A stretch of DNA of 64,000 nucleotides from NCBI RefSeq assembly GCF_006345805.1, contig NC_043004.1:91140001-91204000 (forward strand). The letters are read 5' to 3'. Shown here one piece after another: positions 39,106 through 50,985 of the stretch (the stretch's first letter is position 1; each line of letters begins with the position of its first letter). A program made the translations under genes and the position numbers. Origin of the DNA: Octopus sinensis (lineage: Eukaryota). The notes beneath the pieces are model-generated. The model was not told the origin of the DNA, did no database searches, and saw nothing but the letters and a program-made list of their open reading frames with translations.

Positions 39106-41237
39106 CAACAATTACTGTTTGCCTGTAGAGCAGCTCTAATGAAATAGGCCTATGTTACATTCTAGCCATGACTGCCCATATACCTTTCATGACCCACGCT
39201 AGCTGTTTACAGTCATTGTGAAACATGAATTGTAAATTCTTCAATGTGGAGAGAAAAACCACATAGACATTTTCTCATTGGCTTGAGACTAAACCTGTTG
39301 TTGTTTAGCCCAGAGACTGTAGACTCATACTCAAGGGCATACCTGCCATAACCATCCCGGCCCTTTTTTAGGGATATGTCGGACTTCTTAAATCTAATGT
39401 ATTGTTTCCTTCTTTTATGATAGTATGTTATGATATACTCTTACTCTTTTACTCTCTTTCACCTGTTTCAGCTATGTGACTGTGGTCATGCTGGAGCACC
39501 ACCTTTAGTCGAGCAAATCGACCCCAGGACTTATTCCTTGTAAGCTTAGTACTTATTCTATCGGATTCTTTTGCCGAACCGCTAAGTTACGGGAACGTAA
39601 ACACACCAGCATCGGTTGTCAAGCGATGTTGGGGGGACAAACACAGACACACAAGCATATTAGACACATACATATTACACACATACATATATATACATAC
39701 ATACAATGGGTTGTTTCAGTTTCCGTCTACCAAATCCACTCACAAGGCTTTGGTCAGCCCGAGGCTATAGTAGAAGACACTTGCCCAAGGTGCCACGCAG
39801 TGGGACTGAACCCGGAACCATGTGGCTGGTAAGCAAGCTACTTACCACACAGCCACTCCTATGCCTATATTTGATGCGATTTGATGCAGACTTGGCTGCC
39901 ATTGCTTGCAGATCAAGTGTCAATGTAAGAGTTCCTTCCATGGTGGTAGTAGTAGAGATATTATTTAATTCCAGGTCAGCCTTGATCCAGAAGATCTCTT
40001 CAAAGAAACTTTTAGTATATCTAGCACTACATTATCCAATGTGTTCTTTTATAAAGAGGATGTGATTAGAAGATTGGCTGTTGGTTTGGTGTTATCAAGG
40101 CTCCCTCATTGACTCAATACATATATTTATGTATAAATGCTTATACATAAATATGTTTTTGTATAAATGACAATGTTATATATATACTAGTAGTATCGCC
40201 TGGCGTTGCTCGGGTTTGTAAGGGAAATAACTATATAAGCATTTTTAGAGATGTAAAGTATAATAGCCATCTCAATATGGCTAACCACAAAGGGGTGGGG
40301 TGTTACTGTAGCTTTTTACGTTCTGAGATTTAATAATAAATTTTTAGAGAGTTACTTCCTTTATATATGCCAAAAATGCATTAAAAATGGGAAAAATCGA
40401 CGGTAAATTTTTTTTAAATCGTAGACTCATCGTAGACGCGCGCTAATACCCAGAAGGGCTTGATATGAGTCACGACTATAAGATACCCGATTTTGGTTAA
40501 ACTGCAAAATGTGGGAGTAGTTAGGAATCTAAATCGTAGGAGACAGACAGCACACAACCTTACTTTTATATAAAATGATATATATATGTTATATATAACA
40601 TATATATAATGGCGGTGCCCCAGCATGGCCACAGCTTGTGAGCTGAAACTAGATAAAATAAAATAAAATATATCCTTCTGTACATTCCATATTTGGTAAT
40701 AATGCTGTCTAATATAAAGACAGCGACTCAACTTTCAGAGAGGTGCTGAGTCAATTATTGTAGATCCTATTACAAGACAGCTGCTTTACAATATTGATTT
40801 CAAATTTTAGCACAAGGCTGGCAATTGTTTTTTGGGGGATACGTTGATTACATTGAACCTAGTACTCAACTGGCCACTATCAGTTTGTGTCGGTTGCTTT
40901 TCCGACCTTAGGTGTCCTTCAATCCCATGCTGCTGATTTCATCCACAAAACTAGGATAACTACAGCCCATTGGAGAAATGAGCCCCATGAGGTGAGGTGG
41001 CAGCTGTAACAAGTGTTGCTGGATATTCTCTATGGCAATGCCTTTGCGATCATGTCTATGAGGCATGGCTAAACACACTATTTGTTCTGGGATGTACAGT
41101 CTGTTGCTCCCTCCTTCCATCTTCTGCTGTTTAACCCTGCCTTTTCCCCTTGTCTTTGTTTCCCTTGTCTTTGATAATTTGTTCTTTTATAGTTTCAACA
41201 TTTTTTCTTTATTTTTAAAAACATAATTTTGAATATA

Positions 41238-41452
41238 AGGAAGCACACATGCCCTGTACACCTTTATCTTTGTCTTTCTGCATATGTCTCGCCGACTCCA
41301 GAGGCGCCTTTCTAGCTTTTCATCATCCAAATTGCTATATCTATTAACAGTGCTTCCCAGGTAGACAAACTGATCAACTACATCAAGTCATTTACCATAC
41401 ACATAGATATTTAGTACACTATACTGCTTACCAGGGGCAGGTTGGTACATGT
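41238..41452 (-). mobile_element. Internally deleted duplicate of the RTE segment at 36851-37102
   Basis: Long identical stretches, e.g. atctattaacagtgcttcccaggtagacaaactgatcaactacatcaagtc. Confidence 0.8.
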
Positions 41453-41709
41453 TATTTATGATTTAGTTTTTAGGTGTTTACACAATGAGTTTCCATTGTA
41501 GTTTCTGACTACTAAATTTCATTCACAAAGTTTTGATCAGCCTGACACTATGATAGAAGATACATGTCACAACTGCTATGTACTGGGATTGAACGTGAAA
41601 CCATATAATTTGAAATAAACTTCTAAACAACACAACTTGCACTATGTGTACCCACTGACTTGACTGCTACAATGATAGTAAGAAAATGAATGAAGAATTT
41701 CCAACATAC

Positions 41710-41840
41710 TTTTGAAGCTAATCTGCTGTAGATGTTGGTACGGATATTTAGAGAGCGTCGCTTTGGAGGAACACCATATTTGGCAATTGTCTTTATGAAG
41801 TCGTTGTTAATGAAACTAGATGTCGTTCGATAATCAGACA
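41710..41840 (-). CDS. FAS1 protein exon 3
   Basis: Acceptor CATTTACAG|; (V)SDYRTTSSFINNDFIKTIAKYGVPPKRRSLNIRTNIYSRLASK; phase 1 in, phase 0 out; donor AAA|GTATGT; 131 nt. Confidence 0.85.
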
Positions 41841-42769
41841 CTGTAAATGCAATGAAAATATAAATTTGTTTATATCAATATATAAATTATATCTACATAA
41901 ATATTCATTTTGCTTGGAACTTTAGGTTTCACTTGATTACTTATTCAACCAGTGAATTTTGATTTTCTATTAGTATTTAAATAGGAAGAAAGGTAAAATG
42001 TTTCCTCAGATAGTAATGAATGATTGGAGTTGTTAAAATTCCCAAGACTTTTCATTTAATCAAAATTTTAATAGGATTCTGATAAATGAATCCAAAGATC
42101 AGAAAATAAATTCAGAGGTAGAAGAGGGAAGATGAAGTTAAGAGGAGGACAAAAATGAGAAAGAACAAACTTTGTTTCAATCAATTTTTAAAATAATGAA
42201 GTGTTTAGTAAAATAACTTTGTTATTAAATTGGAGTTTGGAATAAATTAACATGAAATTTTGATGCAAGATTTTAATTTCTCTTGTCTGTTGGTACAAAA
42301 CCTGAAATTTGGCAGTGGAGCAGGTTAGTTGATTACATTGACCTCAGTGCTCAATTGGTACTTATTTCTATCAACACCAAAAGGATGAAAGGCAAAGGTG
42401 ACCTTGGTAGAATTTGAACACAGAATGTAAAACTGGAAGAAATGCTGACAAATCTGCCAGCTAGCAGCTTTAGGGTAAGTTCTAACTTAGATGACTTTAA
42501 AAACAGGAAGTTTGTATCATACAATCAGGAATGGTGTCAGGCGGGTTGGTATCAAGAGGGTTAAGTTATTCATTTGTGAGGTACTTATTGAAGTCACCCT
42601 GTACTGTGTCATTAAAAAAAGAAAAATGAATTTGAATGTTGGATAAATTGCAAGAAAATGAGTAAAATGACTTATAAAACACTAATATTTAATTGCTGGT
42701 ACTAAAAATGCACAATAAGGAAAACTATTAAAATTATATTAAATTTCTATTATGGTATCTATCAGTGTT

Positions 42770-43140
42770 GTTTGTCTCCAGCTCACCAAATAACTATGTC
42801 CAGGCTCTTTGTTGTTCAACTGACGAGAGGACTATGTCCTTCAAAAGCTGCTGTAGGATACAAACACTACCAAGTTTTGAATTGAATGGCTGGAGGATCA
42901 TTAACTTCTCAACATCACACTGTGTGGCAAACTCTCCTCTAGTTGTCATGATAGAAATGCACCAAAAAAAAAGGTACAATGACTTCCTTAAAAAATCCTT
43001 TGGTGCCTATCACATTCCTCATTACAAGTGGTCTATTTTGACCACTGACCATAAAGCCTGGAATTTCGCTGTCCACCAGGCAACAGCTTCCTTTGAAGAC
43101 ACCCACAAAACCATTCATGTAGACAAGAAAAAAATAAAAA
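42770..43140 (+). mobile_element. RTE LINE 3' fragment (decayed)
   Basis: APKK.YNDFLKKSFGAYHI...WSILTTDHKAW remnant. Confidence 0.6.
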
Positions 43141-43530
43141 AATGAGGTAATACAAGCATATTTCAACAAGTTGGGATCAGTTACATTCCATTGCAGTTTG
43201 CAGTTGTGTTTGTTTTTCTGAATTGAACTTGTTGAGCATCAACAAACTTGCAGCAGATGTGGACATCACCTTCCGTAAATCTTTGCTCATGAAGCTGAGC
43301 CAAGAAATATATATATATATACTCTTTTACTCTTTTACTTGTTTCAGTCATTTGACTGCCGCCATGCTGGAGCACCGCCTTTAGTCGAGCAAATCGACCC
43401 CGGGACTTATTCTTTGTAAGTCCAGTACTTATTCTATCGGTCTCTTCTGCTGAACCGCTAAGTGACGGGGACGTAAACACACCAGCATCAGTTGTCAAGC
43501 AATGCTAGGGGGACAAACACAGACACACAA

Positions 43531-43563
<33 letters not shown>

Positions 43564-44870
43564 CATATATACGACAGGCTTCTTTCAGTTTCCGTCTACC
43601 AAATCCACTCACGGGGCTATAGCAGAAGACACTTGCCCAAGATGCCACGCAGTGGGACTGAACCCGGAACCATGTGGTTGGTTAGCAAGCTACTTACCAC
43701 ACAGCCACTCCTATATATAACATTACTTTATATAATTAGGGTTCAGCAAAAAAATTTACTTTACCACACACCAAACTTTTAGAAATAGCAGCCAAGGAAT
43801 TTAGCTATTTCCTCTACTATAAGAAGAGTCTCCCAGACAATGTATACTCAAAAACAATTTACGTAGGCATAGCAGAAAAAATAACGAAAGATCATTCGTA
43901 CATCGATTACTTGAGAACGCCGTTTCTGGGTTAGTTAGATATAGAGATGCTAGAAATACATACCTATATCAACATTCCAGTCATCAGCCCAAGATTGACT
44001 ATATATATATATATATATATACTCTTTTACTCTTTTACTTGTTTCAGTCATTTGACTGCAGCCATGCTGGAAAGTTGAGTCGCTGTCTTTATATTAGACA
44101 GCATTATTACCAAATATGGAATGTACAGAAGGATATATACTCTTTACTCTTTTACTTGTTTCAGTCATTTGACTGCGGCCATGCTGGAGCACCGCCTTTA
44201 ATCGAGCAACTTGACCCCGGGACTTATTCTTTTGTAAGCCCAGTACTTATTCTATCGGTCTCTTTTGCCAAACTGCTAAGTAACGGGGACATAAACACAC
44301 CAGCATTTGTTGTCAAGCAATGCTAGGGGGACAAACACAGACACACAAACACACAGAGGCATATATATATATATATATATACATATATATGACGGGCTTC
44401 TTTCAGTTTCCATCTACCAAATCCACTCACAAGGCTTTGGTCAGACCGAGGCTATAGTAGAAGACACTTGCCCAAGGTGCCACGCAGTGGGACTGAACCC
44501 GGAACCCGGAACCCGGAACCATGTGGTTGGTAAGCAAGCTACTTACAACACAGCCACTCCTGCGCCTATATATATAAGTAGACAAATGAAAGAAAGAGGC
44601 ACTTGACACATTTAGTAGGAATTACATATATTATTATTTAAAACAGTTTGATTTGACTCCATGCAACTTAAAAGTTTCATAGGCATATTTGCAGAAACCC
44701 AACTCATTCAGGTTCAGTTAACTGAATTGGTTATCTGAGCCAGGATGAGCTAGGTTTCTGTAAGAAGCCTATAAAACTTTAAGTTGCATGGAACCAAATC
44801 AAACTGTTTTAAATAATGATGATGATGATAATAATAATAATAATAATAATAATATAATAATAATAATAAA

Positions 44871-47089
44871 TCTTAACTGATTGGAAGTGTTATCATGTAC
44901 ATTGTTTTGTCTTGGTATAAAAGATGGGCTACAGCAAATATTCTGCTCAATACCACAGATTTGCTTGTCAGTTGTTTGACTTTAACCAGTTGAGCATGTC
45001 CCTTAGTGGCTGATGATATGTGCATCTCTGATCACGAGCAGAAGTAGTGGGGGAGCATCATAGCCATGTGTTGAGAGGGATTCTTTGGGGTTTGAATAAT
45101 TCACCTCTGGAAACATGGGTGGTTCTTTCAACATCCTTAAACAACCCTTATTCAGGGACCGTTTGAGCGGGATGGGCTACTCAACCTGAAGAAAATTCTA
45201 ACTGGGCCCCACCTGCAAGGTCATGTGCTGTTTATCTTGATATGAGATCACCATGTCGCGCACATATGGTTGTGATGCATGTGCCTAGTGTACTCTTATC
45301 AGACGGGTAGTCATGATGGGTATACTGGGCTTTGTATATTTTACCCCAGTGTCACTTTGATGGCATACATTGCTCTCTCACTCAATAGTAATAATAAATG
45401 CCTTGATGCAGTACCAGGTAGTGGCTCTCATGGCTTCTGATCTTAACTGATCGGAAGTGTTATCATGTACATTCTTTTGTCTTGGTATAAAAGATGGGCT
45501 ACAACAAATAATTTGCTCAATACCACAGATTTGCTTGTCAGTTGTTTGACCTTACCCAGTTGAGCATGTCCTTTGGTGGCTGATGATATGTGCATCTCTG
45601 ATCACGAGCAGAAGTAGTGGGGGAGCATCATAGCCATGTGTTGAGAGGGATTCTTTGGGGTTTGAATAATTCACCTCTGGAAACATGGGTGTTCTTTCAA
45701 CATCCTTAAACAACCCTTATTCAGGGACCGTTTGAGCGGGATGGGCTACTCAACCTGAAGAAAATTCTAACTGGGCCCCACCTGCAAGGTCATGTGCTGT
45801 TTATCTTGATATGAGATCACCATGTCGCGCACACATGGTTGTGATGCATGTGCCTAGTGTACTCTTATCAGACGGGTAGTCATGATGGGTATACTGGGCT
45901 TTGTATATTTTACCCCAGTGTCACTTTGATGGCATACATTGCTCTCTCACTCAATAGTAATAATAAATGCCTTGATGCAGTACCAGGTAGTGGCTCTCAT
46001 GGCTTCTGATCTTAACTGATCGGAAGTGTTATCATGTACATTCTTTTGTCTTGGTATAAAAGATGGGCTACAACAAATAATTTGCTCAATACCACAGATT
46101 TGCTTGTCAGTTGTTTGACCTTACCCAGTTGAGCATGTCCTTTGGTGGCTGATGATATGTGCATCTCTGATCACGAGCAGAAGTAGTGGGGGAGCATCAT
46201 AGCCATGTGTTGAGAGGGATTCTTTGGGGTTTGAATAATTCACCTCTGGAAACATGGGTGGTTCTTTCAACATCCTTAAACAACCCTTATTCAGGGACCG
46301 TTTGAGCGGGATGGGCTACTCAACCTGAAGAAAATTCTAACTGGGCCCCACCTGCAAGGTCATGTGCTGTTTATCTTGATATGAGATCACCATGTCGCGC
46401 ACATATGGTTGTGATGCATGTGCCTAGTGTACTCTTATCAGACGGGTAGTCATGATGGGTATACTGGGCTTTGTATATTTTACCCCAGTGTCACTTTGAT
46501 GGCATACATTGCTCTCTCACTCAATAGTAATAATAAATGCCTTGATGCAGTACCAGGTAGTGGCTCTCATGGCTTCTGATCTTAACTGATCGGAAGTGTT
46601 ATCATGTACATTCTTTTGTCTTGGTATAAAAGATGGGCTACAACAAATAATTTGCTCAATACCACAGATTTGCTTGTCAGTTGTTTGACCTTACCCAGTT
46701 GAGCATGTCCTTTGGTGGCTGATGATATGTGCATCTCTGATCACAAGCAGAAGTAGTGGGGAGCATCATACCCATATGTTGAAAGAAATTCTTTGGAGTT
46801 TGAATAATTCACCTCTGGAAACATGGGTGTTTCATTCAACATCCTTAACTAACCCTTATTCAGGGACCTTTTGAGTGGGATGGGCTACTTGACCTGAAGA
46901 AAATTCTAACTGAGCCCCACCTGCAAGGTCATGTGCTGTTTACCTTGATATGAGATCACCATGTCGCGCACATATGGTTGTGATGCATGTGCCTAGTGTA
47001 CTCTTATCAGACGGGTAGTCATGATGGGTATACTGGGCTTTGTATATTTTACCCCAGTGTCACTTTGATGGCATACATTGCTCTCTCAC
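44871..47089 (+). repeat. Head-to-tail array of four ~570-bp elements in (TAA)n (FAS1 intron 2)
   Basis: Unit junctions aaatgccttgatgcag at 45396, 45965, 46535 (periods 569 and 570); first unit 5'-truncated. Confidence 0.92.
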
Positions 47090-47099
47090 ATAATAATAA

Positions 47100-47905
47100 T
47101 AATAATAATAAGAAGAAGAAGTGAAGCAGTGCATACCTCAAAAAAAGCTAAGCTAACTAGGTTTGAACAACGGGTGTGTCTAAAGCCAGCTGGAGACAAT
47201 GATCTCCTGGGGCTAAAAAGCTACAGTAACACCCCCACTTTGTGGTTAGCCATATTGAGATGGCTTTTATACTTTACATTGTCGAGCGGTTACTGTTTAC
47301 ATCTCACTCTGAGATTTAATAATGCTTACAGTCAGTTTTTCGAAATCAGTGGCAAACGTCACTAGAAAAACTCTTATATATTTGCAAAGCAGGCCTTGTC
47401 TTTCATCGTGACCTGGTGGTTACTGCCCGTTGATAAGAGACAATAATCTCGAAACCGGTCCGTGAGTATCACTCAGGCTTACGAGGAAGGGATGGCCTCC
47501 CTTTGCAAATACTTCAAGGGCACAGAAAGTGTGTCTAAAGCCAGCTGGAGACGATGATCTCCTGGGGCTAAAAAGCTACAGTAACACCCCCCATTTTGTG
47601 GTTAGCCATATTGAGATGGCTTTTATACTTTAAATTGTTTAGAACCGGCCAAAAAAGATTTTATCAAGAGATTAATGATGATATGGAGTGTCAAAGATTA
47701 GTCCCTGATGCTGATGGAAGCCGACTTTTTTGGGGTAAGATATGGAGTAAGAACAACATAATACTACAACTGAATGGCAAGGCAGCCTGATGTAAACAGC
47801 TTCTTATCCCCAGCAAGAGGCTATTATCCACTTCACAAAAGACAGTATCAGAAATATGAGTAAAAAGATAAGCAATTGGAAAGCTGCTGGACCTGATGGT
47901 GTACA
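47100..47905 (+). mobile_element. R4/Dong pre-RT ORF fragment, interrupted by the 47174-47632 insertion
   Basis: SKKAKLTRFEQRV [insert] LFRTGQKRFYQEI...PDADGSRLFWGKIW...ISNWKAAGPDGVQ. Confidence 0.7.
47421..47468 (+). ncRNA. Minimal hammerhead-like motif with U3-A8 variant core
   Basis: UUGAUAA(47430-36), GAGA/UCUC stem II, GAAA(47451-54), palindromic CCGG, GUC; imperfect stem I UACUGCCCG/CGUGAGUA. Confidence 0.55.
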
Positions 47906-48624
47906 GCAGTGTCTTGCCAAACTTTTTTTACCTCATGATACACTGGACCAAGAGAATTTATTTTGCAGCACACCAAATAAAAATTCCGACAAAACTGAAT
48001 ATACTTTATTAGTATGAATAAAAAGAAATAAATTCTTATTATAGTAACAATAACTTTATTTTATGAACGTATAATACACACACACATAATGTTCTTAGTG
48101 AGAAGGATGCAATTGATTTGAGAAAGAATTTTGTCAAAACACAGCTCTAAATTAAATTTAAAAAATACGTAACTCATCTACCATCTGTAATCAGTCCCGT
48201 ATTTTTCACTTCATTTCCATAAGGCACAGGAGTGGCTGTATGGTAAGTAGCTTGCTTACTAACCACATTGTTCCAGGTTCAGTTCCACTGCATGGCACCT
48301 TGGGCAAGTGTCTTCTACTATAGCCTCGGGCCGACCAAAGCCTTGTGAGTGGATTTGGTAGATGGAAACTGAAAGAAGCCCATCGTATATATGTATATAT
48401 ATGTATGTGTGTGTGTATGTTTGTGTGTCTGTGTTTGTCCCCCTAGCATTGCTTGACAACCGATGCTGGTGTGTTTATGTCCCTGTCACTTAGCGGTTTG
48501 GCAAAAGAGACCAATAGAATAAGTACTGGGCTTACAAAGAATAAGTCCCAGGGTCGAGTTGCTCGATTAAAGGCTGTGCTCCAGCATGGCTGCAGTCAAA
48601 TGACTGAAACAAGTAAAAGTGTAA

Positions 48625-49270
48625 AAGAGTATAAGTGCAGAGATACCTAAACCATCAAGCCAAGACAATAAGTAGTGATCCTGATACTCACCAGGAAGAA
48701 ATGATCAGGCTAAGAGACAATCTGCTATGCAACAACTACTCGAAGAACATACTGTCCACTCCACTTAGGAAGAGGAGAGAGAATGAAACCCATATACTGA
48801 GCACACCCTATATCAAAGGCCTCTTGGAAACGATACAAAAGAAATGTGATCCACATGACATCAGGATAGTATTAAGAAGTAATTCAACACTTTGTAAATA
48901 TCTTCTCTGAGTAAAACCACCCATAGAAGAGAATATGACCAAAAACTGTGTTTACTCTATCCTATGCAGTTGTGGTAGGCTATATGAAGGCAAAACATCT
49001 GCCCTCTTAAAGCAAGGGAAGTAGAGCATTGTCAAGCTGTAACATGAGAGGATGTTGAAAAATTGAGTATAAGCCAATCATGCTTGGAAAAACAGAGAAC
49101 ACCTCCCGCTGTGGGATGAAGTTAAAATAGTTGACAGAGAACACCAATGGAAAGTACAAAAATTAAAAGAGGCTGCACATATGCTATGGCACAATAACCT
49201 CCTAAGCAGACCTAGTGCAGATATGAATGTAATATGGGAACCAGTATTAAGAAAAGATAAAATACTAGGT
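48625..49270 (+). mobile_element. Penelope-like element C-terminal region with GIY-YIG endonuclease (decayed)
   Basis: ...NCVYSILCSCGRLYEG...HAW...LPLWDEVKIVDREHQWKVQKLKEAAHM. Confidence 0.8.
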
Positions 49271-49473
49271 TTATAAGCCCTAAAATTCACTCTGTAATTG
49301 CCCATAGGCATATAGTGTAGTGGACAAGAGTGCAGGCTACTAACACTCGGATTCTAAGTTCAGTCCCAGGCAGGGTCTTGTAGAATAATATCAACAGAAA
49401 AATAACATCATATGTCATATGGGACAAACATAGACACAAAGTCACACATGCATAAATACACACACACACACGT

Positions 49474-49505
<32 letters not shown>

Positions 49506-50391
49506 GTCTTCTTTCAGTTTCCGTCTACCATATCTACTCACAAAGCTTTGGTTGGCCCGAGACTATACCACTTGCCCACACAGGTCTTCTATGTCCTATC
49601 TGATCTAAAGTACTTGATTCATGGATTTTCTTACTCTTCACTTGGATTATGTTATCTTTAAATTCCTTTGGGGTACATAATTTCTGCACTTGGGCAAGTA
49701 TTTCCTACTATAGCCTTGGGCCGACCAAAGCCTTGTGAGTGGATTTGATAGACAGAAACTGAAAGAAGCCTGTCATATGTGTGTGTGTGTGTGTGCGTGC
49801 ATTACTTTATTAAATTCTTCATTATATAGGTACAGGTATGGCAGTGTGCTAAGAAGCTTGCTTACCAACTACATGGTTCCAGGTTCAGTCTCACTATGTG
49901 GAACCTTGGACAAGTGTCTTCTACTATAGCCTCATACTGACCAAAGCCTTGTGAATGAATTTGGTAGATGGAAACTGAAAGAAGCTTATATATATATATA
50001 TATTACACGCACACACACACACACATATATATACGTAGGGGGAGAATTCACAAAAAACAAAAGACGAAAACTGGTGGTGTCGACAACAAACAGATGTATT
50101 AGTATAATGCTTGGGAAGTGAAAAAAGTCTTTAACGTTTCGAGCCTACGCTCTTCCACAGAAAGGAACACAGAAAGAAACAAGGAGAGAAAATAAAGAAT
50201 GTGTAGTGGCTAGTGATCTATCATGGCGAATTATATATATGTATGTGTGTTCTTGTGTCTGTCTCCCAGCACCACTTTGATAACTGGTATTATGTCCCTG
50301 TAATGTAACGGTTCAACAAAAAAATTAATTGAAACAAATGCAATGTATTTCAATGGAAATTTGGAGAAAAAAAGGGTCAAGGATATCTTAC

Positions 50392-50551
50392 CTAAATGGA
50401 ACCTTAGGATAGAGTTCATAAGTGTGGAATTTTTTTTTATCTTGTCAGGTAGTTTCATTAAGCCTTCATTAGTTGGAGCAAATATTGTAAATTTGGAATT
50501 AGGGTTCTTCAGTATGCTGTCAAGATTAGCTTTCTTCAGCAGCTTCAAAAA
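50392..50551 (-). CDS. FAS1 protein exon 2 (domain 1, H1 motif)
   Basis: Acceptor TTTTCTTTTTCAAG|; FLKLLKKANLDSILKNPNSKFTIFAPTNEGLMKLPDKIKKNSTLMNSILRFHL; FAS1 H1 motif FTIFAPTNE; phase-1 donor G|GTAAGA; 160 nt. Confidence 0.93.
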
Positions 50552-50910
50552 CTTGAAAAAGAAAATAAAAAGGCATAATTAGGAGAATAATTCGAGCCAC
50601 ATTCAATGAGAACAGCCATTTTTTTCTGTTAGATTATTAACAGAAATGTGTGTGTGTGTGTGTGTGTGTGTGTTCCCCCCCCCCCTCCACCATCGCTTGA
50701 CAACTGATGTGGGTGTGTTTATGTCCCTGTAACTTAGCAGTTCAGCAAAAGAGGCCAATAGAATAAGTACTAGGCTTACGAAGAATAAGTCTTAGGGTGT
50801 GTACATCTTTTTGTCTACATATTTGGTCAATGTATTTCAATATATTAGGTATATTTTGTACAACTAGCAATTACAGTTACTAATAGCTGGAATATTATGT
50901 TACCATATAT

Positions 50911-50985
<75 letters not shown>

